Assembly (NCBI GenBank): GCA_964057225.1
Contig: OZ059898.1
Coordinates: 20,088,001 to 20,152,000, forward strand
Reading direction: 5' to 3'
Length of the DNA: 64,000 nt
DNA from: Auanema rhodensis
Lineage: Eukaryota; Animalia; Nematoda
The notes beneath the pieces were generated by a model. That model was not told where the DNA came from, did no database searches, and saw nothing but the letters and a program-made list of their open reading frames with translations. Shown here one piece after another: positions 1 to 10,553 of the stretch. The position numbers were made by a program, and so were the translations under genes. The stretch's first letter is position 1. Each line of letters begins with the position of its first letter.

Positions 1-48
1 TTAATACAAAAATTTGTTATGATCGTTTGGAAAATGATGCATTAGTGT

Positions 49-76
49 ATGTTGAGTTTCCATGTACACTCAACAT
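49..76. repeat. 9-bp inverted repeat with 10-nt spacer (perfect in the 'TATGTTGAG' allele; representative copy)
   Basis: ATGTTGAGT(49-57)-TTCCATGTAC-ACTCAACAT(68-76). Confidence 0.85.
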
Positions 77-89
77 TGCTTCCAAAAAC

Positions 90-124
90 ATTTTGACAAA
101 AATTTTTTCGAAAAATTTCAAAAT
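90..124. repeat. A/T-tract palindrome inside each monomer (representative copy)
   Basis: Perfect 12-bp palindrome TTTTTCGAAAAA (104-115), flanked by ATTTTGA(90-96)/TCAAAAT(118-124). Confidence 0.75.
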
Positions 125-226
125 AATTTCGCAAAAAGTAGATGTTTTTAAATTTCTTTTTTCAAGGCAAAGACGATGGACAATGTTATTCAACGAAAAA
201 ATTAATTCTTCAGGGTGAAAATCGAG

Positions 227-248
227 GATATAAGTGTGAACTTATATC
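227..248. repeat. 9-bp stem-loop with GTGA loop inside each monomer (representative copy)
   Basis: GATATAAGT-GTGA-ACTTATATC. The common variant GATATAAGT-GTGA-GCTTATATC changes the closing pair to T-G. Confidence 0.9.
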
Positions 249-258
249 AGTTGATATC

Positions 259-325
259 TCGGTGCATTTTTAAGCTAGCGCAAATCTGATAACACAGATC
301 GACGCAGCTTAAAAATCCGCATCGA
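259..325. repeat. Long imperfect inverted repeat inside each monomer (representative copy)
   Basis: TCGGTGC(259-265)/GCATCGA(319-325) pair with one G-T; ATTTTTAAGCT(266-276)/AGCTTAAAAAT(306-316) is a perfect 11-bp stem; GCG(278-280)/CGC(303-305) and ATCTG(284-288)/CAGAT(295-299) close the loop ATAACA. Confidence 0.9.
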
Positions 326-3300
326 ATGCACTATACTACATTGAGAAACGCTTGATACAAAAATTAGTTATGATCGTTTGGAAAATGATGCATTAGTGTA
401 TTTTGAGTTTCCATGTACACTCAACATTGCTTCCAAAAACATTTTGACAAAAATTTTTTCGAAAAATTTCGAAATAATTTCGCAAAAAGTAAATGTTTTT
501 AGATTCTTTTTTTTAAGGCAAAAACGATGGACAATGTTATTCAACGAAAAAATTAATTCTTCAGGGTGAAAATCGAGGATATAAGTGTGAGCTTATATCA
601 GTTGATATCTCGGTGCATTTTTAAGCTAGCGCAAATCTGATAACACAGATCGACGCAGCTTAAAAATCCGCATCGAATGCACTATATTACATTGAGAAAC
701 GCTTGATATAAAAATTAGTTATGATCGTTTGAAAAATGATGCATTAGTGTTTTTTGAGTTTCCATGTACACTCAACATTGCTTCCAAAAACATTTTGACA
801 AAAATTTTTTCGAAAAATTTCAAAATAATTTCGCAAAAAGTAGATGTTTTTAAATTTCTTTTTTCAAGGCAAAGACGATGAACAATGTTATTCAACGAAA
901 AAATTAATTCTTCAGGGTGAAAATCGAGGATATAAGTGTGAGCTTATATCAGTTGATATCTCGGTGCATTTTTAAGCTAGCGCAAATCTGATAACACAGA
1001 TCGACGCAGCTTAAAAATCCGCATCGAATGCACTATACTACATTGAGAAACGCTTGATACAAAAATTAGTTATGATCGTTTGGAAAATGATGCATTAGTG
1101 TATTTTGAGTTTCCATGTACACTCAACATTGCTTCCAAAAACATTTTGACAAAAATTTTTTCGAAAAATTTCAAAATAATTTCGCAAAAAGTAAATGTTT
1201 TTAGATTCTTTTTTTTAAGGCAAAAACGATGGACAATGTTATTCAACGAAAAAATTAATTCTTCAGGGTGAAAATCGAGGATATAAGTGTGAGCTTATAT
1301 CAGTAGATATCTCGGTGCATTTTTAAGCTAGCGCAAATCTGATAACACAGATCGACGCAGCTTAAAAATCCGCATCGAATGCATTATACTACATTGAGAA
1401 ACGCTTGATATAAAAATTAGTTATGATCGTTTGAAAAATGATGCATTAGTGTTTTTTGAGTTTCCATGTACACTCAACATTGCTTCCAAAAACATTTTGA
1501 CAAAAATTTTTTCGAAAAATTTCAAAATAATTTCGCAAAAAGTAGATGTTTTTAGATTTTTTTTTTCAACGCAAAGACGATGGACAATGTTATTCAGCGA
1601 AAAAATTAATTCTTCAGGGTGAAAATCGAGGATATAAGTGTGAGCTTATATCAGTTGATATCTCGGTGCATTTTCAAGCTAGCGCAAATCTAATAACACA
1701 GATCGACGCAGCTTAAAAATCCGCATCGAATGCACTATACTACATTGAGAAACGCTTGATACAAAAATTAGTTATGATCGTTTGAAAAATGATGCATTAG
1801 TGTTTTTTGAGTTTACATGTACACTCAACATTGCTTCCAAAAACATTTTGACAAAAATTTTTTCGAAAAATTTCAAAATAATTTAGCAAAAAGTAGATGT
1901 TTTTAGATTCCTTTTTTCAAGGCAAAGACGATGGACAATGTTATTCAACGAAAAAATTAATTCTTCAGGGTGAAAATCGAGGATATAAGTGTGAGCTTAT
2001 ATCGGTTGATATCTCGGCGCATTTTCAAGCTAGCGCAAATCTAATAACACAGATCGACGCAGCTTAAAAATCCGCATCGAATGCACTATACTACATTGAG
2101 AAACGCTTGATACAAAAATTAGTTATGATCGTTTGAAAAACGATGCATTAGTGTTTTTTGAGTTTCCATGTACACTCAACATTGCTTCCAAAAACATTTT
2201 GACAAAAATTTTTTCGAAAAATTTCAAAATAATTTCGCAAAAAGTAGATGTTTTTAAATTTTTTTTTTCAAGGCAAAGACGATGAACAATGTTATTCAAC
2301 GAAAAAATTAATTCTTCAGGGTGAAAATCGAGGATATAAGTGTGAGCTTATATCAGTTGATATCTCGGTGCATTTTCAAGCTAGCGCAAATCTAATAACA
2401 CAGATCGACGCAGCTTAAAAATCCGCATCGAATGCACTATACTACATTGAGAAACGCTTGATACAAAAATTAGTTATGATCGTTTGAAAAATGATGCATT
2501 AGTGTTTTTTGAGTTTCCATGTACACTCAACATTGCTTCCAAAAACATTTTGACAAAAATTTTTTCGAAAAATTTCAAAATAATTTCGCAAAAAGTAGAT
2601 GTTTTTAAATTTCTTTTTTCAAGGCAAAGACGATGAACAATGTTATTCAACGAAAAAATTAATTCTTCAGGGTGAAAATCGAGGATATAAGTGTGAGCTT
2701 ATATCAGTTGATATCTCGGTGCATTTTTAAGCTAGCGCAAATCTGATAACACAGATCGACGCAGCTTAAAAATCCGCATCGAATGCACTATACTACATTG
2801 AGAAACGCTTGATACAAAAATTAGTTATGATCGTTTGAAAAACGATGCATTAGTGTTTTTTGAGTTTCCATGTACACTCAACATTGCTTCCAAAAACATT
2901 TTGACAAAAATTTTTTCGAAAAATTTCAAAATAATTTCGCAAAAAGTAGATGTTTTTAAATTTCTTTTTTCAAGGCAAAGACGATGAACAATGTTATTTA
3001 ACGAAAAAATTAATTCTTCAGGGTGAAAATCGAGGATATAAGTGTGAGCTTATATCAGTTGATATCTCGGTGCATTTTTAAGCTAGCGCAAATCTGATAA
3101 CACAGATCGACGCAGCTTAAAAATCCGCATCGAATGCACTATACTACATTGAGAAACGCTTGATACAAAAATTAGTTATGATCGTTTGGAAAATGATGCA
3201 ATAGTGTATTTTGAGTTTCCATGTACACTCAACATTGCTTCCAAAAACATTTTGACAAAAATTTTTTCGAAAAATTTCAAAATAATTTCGCAAAAAGTAA

Positions 3301-6300
3301 ATGTTTTTAGATTCTTTTTTTTAAGGCAAAGACGATGGACGATGTTATTCAACAAAAAAATTAATTCTTCAGGGTGAAAATCGAGGATATAAGTGTGAAC
3401 TTATATCAGTTGATATCTCGGTGCATTTTTAAGCTAGCGCAAATCTGATAACACAGATCGACGCAGCTTAAAAATCCGCATCGAATGCACTATACTACAT
3501 TGAGAAACGCTTGATACAAAAATTAGTTATGATCGTTTGAAAAATGATGCATTAGTGTTTTTTGAGTTTCCATGTACACTCAACATTGCTTCCAAAAATA
3601 TTTTGACAAAAATTTTTTCGAAAAATTTCAAAATAATTTCGCAAAAAGTAGATGTTTTTAGATTTTTTTTTTCAAGGCAAAGACGATGGACAATGTTATT
3701 CAACGAAAAAATTAATTCTTCAGGGTGAAAATCGAGGATATAAGTGTGAGCTTATATCAGTTGATATCTCGGTGCATTTTTAAGCTAGCGCAAATCTGAT
3801 AACACAGATCGACGCAGCTTAAAACTCCGCATCAAGTGCACTATACTACATTGAGAAACGCTTAATACAAAAATTAGTTATGATCGTTTGGAAAATGATG
3901 CATTAGTGTATTTTGAGTTTCCATGTACACTCAACATTGCTTCCAAAAACATTTTGACAAACATTTTTCCGAAAAATTTCAAAATAATTTCGCAAAAAGT
4001 AGATGTTTTTCAATTTTATTTTTCAAGGCAAAGACGATGGACAATGTTATTCAACGAAAAATTTAATTCTTCAGGGTGAAAATCGAGAATATAAGTGTGA
4101 ACTTATATCAGTTGATATCTCGGTGCATTTTTAAGCTAGCGCAAATCTGATAACACAGATCAACGCAGCTTAAAATTCTGCATCGAATGCACTATACTAC
4201 ATTGAGAAACGCTTAATACAAAAATTAGTTATGATCGTTTGGAAAATGATGCATTAGTGTATTTTGAGTTTCCATGTACACTCAACATTGCTTCCAAAAA
4301 CATTTTGACAAAAATTTTTTCGAAAAATTTCAGAATAATTTAGCAAAAAGTAGATGTTTTTAGATTTTTTTTTTAAGGCAAAGACGATGGACAATGTTAT
4401 TCAACGAAAAAATTAATTCTTCAGGGTGAAAATCGAGGAAATAAGTGTGAGCTTATATCGGTTGATATCTCGGTGCATTTTTACGCTAGCGCAAATATGA
4501 TAACACAGATCGACGCAGCTTAAAAATCCGCATCGAATGCACTATACTACATTGAGAAACGCTTAATACAAAAATTAGTTATGATCGTTTGAAAAATGAT
4601 GCATTAGTGTTTTTTGAGTTTCCATGTACACTCAACATTGCTTCCAAAAATATTTTGACAAAAATTTTTTCGAAAAATTTCAAAATAATTTCGCAAAAAG
4701 TAGATGTTTTTAGATTTTTTTTTTCAAGGCAAAGACGATGGACAATGTTATTCAACGAAAAAATTAATTCTTCAGGGTGAAAATCGAGGATATAAGTGTG
4801 AGCTTATATCAGTTGATATCTCGGTGCATTTTTAAGCTAGCGCAAATCTGATAACACAGATCGACGCAGCTTAAAACTCCGCATCGAGTGCACTATACTA
4901 CATTGAGAAACGCTTGATACAAAAATTAGTTATGATCGTTTGAAAAACGATGCATTAGTGTTTTTTGAGTTTCCATGTACACTCAACATTGCTTCCAAAA
5001 ACATTTTGACAAAAATTTTTTCGAAAAATTTCAAAATAATTTCGCAAAAAGTAGATGTTTTTAAATTTCTTTTTTCAAGGCAAAGACGATGAACAATGTT
5101 ATTTAACGAAAAAATTAATTCTTCAGGGTGAAAATCGAGGATATAAGTGTGAGCTTATATCAGTTGATATCTCGGTGCATTTTTAAGCTAGCGCAAATCT
5201 GATAACACAGATCGATGCAGCTTAAAAATCCGCATCGAATGCACTATACTACATTGAGAAACGCTTGATACAAAAATTAGTTATGATCGTTTGGAAAATG
5301 ATGCAATAGTGTATTTTGAGTTTCCATGTACACTCAACATTGCTTCCAAAAACATTTTGACAAAAATTTTTTCGAAAAATTTCAAAATAATTTCGCAAAA
5401 AGTAAATGTTTTTAGATTCTTTTTTTTAAGGCAAAGACGATGGACGATGTTATTCAACAAAAAAATTAATTCTTCAGGGTGAAAATCGAGGATATAAGTG
5501 TGAACTTATATCAGTTGATATCTCGGTGCATTTTTAAGCTAGCGCAAATCTGATAACACAGATCGACGCAGCTTAAAAATCCGCATCGAATGCACTATAC
5601 TACATTGAGAAACGCTTGATACAAAAATTAGTTATGATCGTTTGAAAAATGATGCATTAGTGTATTTTGAGTTTCCATGTACACTCAACATTGCTTCCAA
5701 AAACATTTTGACAAACATTTTTCCGAAAAATTTCAAAATAATTTCGCAAAAAGTAGATGTTTTTCAATTTTATTTTTCAAGGCAAAGACGATGGACAATG
5801 TTATTCAACGAAAAATTTAATTCTTCAGGGTAAAAATCGAGAATATAAGTGTGAACTTATATCAGTTGATATCTCGGTGCATTTTTAAGCTAGCGCAAAT
5901 CTGATAACACAGATCAACGCAGCTTAAAAATCCGCATCGAATGCACTATACTACATTGAGAAACGCTTGATACAAAAATTAGTTATGATCGTTTGAAAAA
6001 TGATGCATTAGTGTTTTTTGAGTTTCCATGTACACTCAACATTGCTTCCAAAAATATTTTGACAAAAATTTTTCCGAAAAATTTCAAAATAATTTCGCAA
6101 AAAGTAGATGTTTTTCAATTTTATTTTTCAAGGCAAAGACGATGGACAATGTTATTCAACGAAAAATTTAATTCTTCAGGGTAAAAATCGAGAATATAAG
6201 TGTGAACTTATATCAGTTGATATCTCGGTGCATTTTTAAGCTAGCGCAAATCTGATAACACAGATCAACGCAGCTTAAAAATCCGCATCGAATGCACTAT

Positions 6301-9149
6301 ACTACATTGAGAAACGCTTGATACAAAAATTAGTTATGATCGTTTGAAAAATGATGCATTAGTGTTTTTTGAGTTTCCATGTACACTCAACATTGCTTCC
6401 AAAAACATTTTGACAAACATTTTTCCGAAAAATTTCAAAATAATTTCGCAAAAAGTAGATGTTTTTCAATTTTATTTTTCAAGGCAAAGACGATGGACAA
6501 TGTTATTCAACGAAAAATTTAATTCTTCAGGGTAAAAATCGAGAATATAAGTGTGAACTTATATCAGTTGATATCTCGGTGCATTTTTAAGCTAGCGCAA
6601 ATCTGATAACACAGATCAACGCAGCTTAAAAATCCGCATCGAATGCACTATACTACATTGAGAAACGCTTGATACAAAAATTAGTTATGATCGTTTGAAA
6701 AATGATGCATTAGTGTTTTTTGAGTTTCCATGTACACTCAACATTGCTTCCAAAAATATTTTGACAAAAATTTTTTCGAAAAATTTCAAAATAATTTCGC
6801 AAAAAGTAGATGTTTTTAGATTTTTTTTTTCAAGGCAAAGACGATGGACAATGTTATTCAACGAAAAAATTAATTCTTCAGGGTGAAAATCGAGGATATA
6901 AGTGTGAGCTTATATCAGTTGATATCTCGGTGCATTTTTAAGCTAGCGCAAATCTGATAACACAGATCGACGCAGCTTAAAACTCCGCATCAAGTGCACT
7001 ATACTACATTGAGAAACGCTTAATACAAAAATTAGTTATGATCGTTTGGAAAATGATGCATTAGTGTATTTTGAGTTTCCATGTACACTCAACATTGCTT
7101 CCAAAAACATTTTGACAAACATTTTTCCGAAAAATTTCAAAATAATTTCGCAAAAAGTAGATGTTTTTCAATTTTATTTTTCAAGGCAAAGACGATGGAC
7201 AATGTTATTCAACGAAAAATGTAATTCTTCAGGGTGAAAATCGAGAATATAAGTGTGAACTTATATCAGTTGATATCTCGGTGCATTTTTAAGCTAGCGC
7301 AAATCTGATAACACAGATCAACGCAGCTTAAAATTCTGCATCGAATGCACTATACTACATTGAGAAACGCTTAATACAAAAATTAGTTATGATCGTTTGG
7401 AAAATGATGCATTAGTGTATTTTGAGTTTCCATGTACACTCAACATTGCTTCCAAAAACATTTTGACAAAAATTTTTTCGAAAAATTTCAGAATAATTTA
7501 GCAAAAAGTAGATGTTTTTAGATTTTTTTTTTAAGGCAAAGACGATGGACAATGTTATTCAACGAAAAAATTAATTCTTCAGGGTGAAAATCGAGGATAT
7601 AAGTGTGAGCTTATATCGGTTGATATCTCGGTGCATTTTTACGCTAGCGCAAATATGATAACACAGATCGACGCAGCTTGAAAATCCGCATCGAATGCAC
7701 TATACTACATTGAGAAACGCTTGATACAAAAATTAGTTATGATCGTTTGGAAAATGATGCATTAGTGTATGTTGAGTTTCCATGTACACTCAACATTGCT
7801 TCCAAAAACATTTTGACAAAAATTTTTTCGAAAAATTTCAGAATAATTTAGCAAAAAGTAGATGTTTTTAGATTTTTTTTTTAAGGCAAAGACGATGGAC
7901 AATGTTATTCAACGAAAAAATTAATTCTTCAGGGTGAAAATCGAGGATATAAGTGTGAGCTTATATCGGTTGATATCTCGGTGCATTTTTACGCTAGCGC
8001 AAATCTAATAACACAGATCGACGCAGCTTAAAAATCCGCATCGAATGCACTATACTACATTGAGAAACGCTTGATACAAAAATTAGTTATGATCGTTTGA
8101 AAAATGATGCATTAGTGTTTTTTGAGTTTCCATGTACACTCAACATTGCTTCCAAAAATATTTTGACAAAAATTTTTTCGAAAAATTTCAAAATAATTTC
8201 GCAAAAAGTAGATGTTTTTAGATTTTTTTTTTCAAGGCAAAGACGATGGACAATGTTATTCAACGAAAAAATTAATTCTTCAGGGTGAAAATCGAGGATA
8301 TAAGTGTGAGCTTATATCAGTTGATATCTCGGTGCATTTTTAAGCTAGCGCAAATCTGATAACACAGATCGACGCAGCTTAAAACTCCGCATCAAGTGCA
8401 CTATACTACATTGAGAAACGCTTGATACAAAAATTAGTTATGATCGTTTGAAAAACGATGCATTAGTGTTTTTTGAGTTTCCATGTACACTCAACATTGC
8501 TTCCAAAAAGATTTTGACAAAAATTTTTTCGAAAAATTTCAAAATAATTTCGCAAAAAGTAGATGTTTTTAGATTTTTTTTTTCAAGGCAAAGACGATGG
8601 ACAATGTTATTCAACGAAAAAATTAATTCTTCAGGGTGAAAATCGAGGATATAAGTGTGAACTTATATCAGTTGATATCTCGGTGCATTTTTAAGCTAGC
8701 GCAAATCTGATAACACAGATCGACGCAGCTTAAAACTCCGCATCGAGTGCACTATACTACATTGAAAAACGCTTGATACAAAAATTAGTTATGATCGTTT
8801 GAAAAACGATGCATTAGTGTTTTTTGAGTTTCCATGTACACTCAACATTGCTTCCAAAAACATTTTGACAAAAATTTTTTCGAAAAATTTCAAAATAATT
8901 TCGCAAAAAGTAGATGTTTTTAGATTTTTTTTTTCAAGGCAAAGACGATGGACAATGTTATTCAACGAAAAAATTAATTCTTCAGGGTGAAAATCGAGGA
9001 TATAAGTGTGAACTTATATCAGTTGATATCTCGGTGCATTTTTAAGCTAGCGCAAATCTAATAACACAGATCGACGCAGCTTGAAAATCCGCATCGAATG
9101 CACTATACTACATTGAGAAAAGCTTAATACAAAAATTAGTTATGATCGT

Positions 9150-10553
9150 TTGAAAAATGATGCATTAGTGTATTTTGAGTTTCCATGTACACTCAACATT
9201 GCTTCCAAAAACATTTTGACAAAAATTTTTTCGAAAAATTTCAAAATAATTTCGCAAAAAGTAAATGTTTTTAAATTTTTTTTTTCAAGGCAAAGACGAT
9301 GAACAATGTTATTCAACGAAAAAATTAATTCTTCAGGGTGAAAATCGAGGATATAAGTGTGAGCTTATATCAGTTGATATCTCGGTGCATTTTTAAGCTA
9401 GCGCAAATCTGATAACACAGATCGATGCAGCTTAAAAGTCCGCATCGAATGCACTATACTACATTGAGAAACGCTTGATACAAAAATTAGTTATGATCGT
9501 TTGGAAAATGATGCATTAGTGTATTTTGAGTTTCCATGTACACTCAACATTGCTTCCAAAAACATTTTGACAAAAATTTTTTCGAAAAATTTCAGAATAA
9601 TTTCGCAAAAAGTAGATGTTTTTAGATTTTTTTTTTCAAGGCAAAGACGATGGACAATGTTATTCAACGAAAAAATTAATTCTTCAGGGTGAAAATCGAG
9701 GATATAAGTGTGAACTTATATCAGTTGATATCTCGGTGCATTTTTAAGCTAGCGCAAATCTAATAACACAGATCGACGCAGCTTGAAAATCCGCATCGAA
9801 TGCACTATACTACATTGAGAAAAGCTTAATACAAAAATTAGTTATGATCGTTTGAAAAATGATGCATTAGTGTATTTTGAGTTTCCATGTACACTCAACA
9901 TTGCTTCCAAAAACATTTTGACAAAAATTTTTTCGAAAAATTTCAAAATAATTTCGCAAAAAGTAAATGTTTTTAAATTTTTTTTTTCAAGGCAAAGACG
10001 ATGAACAATGTTATTCAACGAAAAAATTAATTCTTCAGGGTGAAAATCGAGGATATAAGTGTGAGCTTATATCAGTTGATATCTCGGTGCATTTTTAAGC
10101 TAGCGCAAATCTGATAACACAGATCGATGCAGCTTAAAAGTCCGCATCGAATGCACTATACTACATTGAGAAACGCTTGATACAAAAATTAGTTATGATC
10201 GTTTGGAAAATGATGCATTAGTGTATTTTGAGTTTCCATGTACACTCAACATTGCTTCCAAAAACATTTTGACAAAAATTTTTTCGAAAAATTTCAGAAT
10301 AATTTCGCAAAAAGTAGATGTTTTTAGATTTTTTTTTTCAAGGCAAAGACGATGGACAATGTTATTCAACGAAAAAATTAATTCTTCAGGGTGAAAATCG
10401 AGGATATAAGTGTGAGCTTATATCAGTTGATATCTCGGTGCATTTTCAAGCTAGCGCAAATCTAATAACACAGATCGACGCAGCTTAAAAATCCGCATCG
10501 AATGCACTATACTACATTGAGAAACGCTTGATACAAAAATTAGTTATGATCGT
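9150..10553. repeat. Local 2-mer higher-order repeat (702 bp x2)
   Basis: The private variants GATGCAGCTTAAAAGTCC (~9424 and ~10126), GAGAAAAGCTT and TTCAGAATAATTTCG recur at a 702-bp offset. Confidence 0.8.

Noticed and set aside
106-145. CENP-B box-like motif (TTCGNNNNA at 107-115 and 128-136)
   Set aside because: The required downstream CGGG half is absent.
227-279. Helitron 3' end (hairpin followed by CTAG at 275-278) or MITE termini
   Set aside because: The hairpin-to-CTAG distance (~26 nt) is longer than typical, and there are no element boundaries, target-site duplications or transposase remnants. Transposon ancestry cannot be supported without a database search.
120-295. Hammerhead ribozyme, as known in some animal satellites: CTGAAGA on the minus strand (207-213) and CTGATAA on the plus strand (286-292)
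   Set aside because: The plus-strand motif lacks the conserved G of CUGANGA. For the minus-strand motif I could not build a stem II closing onto a GAAA, or stems I/III. An Infernal search with Rfam hammerhead models would be decisive.
259-325. tRNA, rRNA fragment or intrinsic terminator
   Set aside because: There is no cloverleaf or T-loop motif, no rRNA similarity recognised, and no gene context for a terminator.
1-351. Assignment to a named satellite family (e.g. Drosophila 1.688/359-bp or tenebrionid ~350-bp satellites)
   Set aside because: Only length and AT content are similar; I do not recognise the sequence, so no family or species is claimed.
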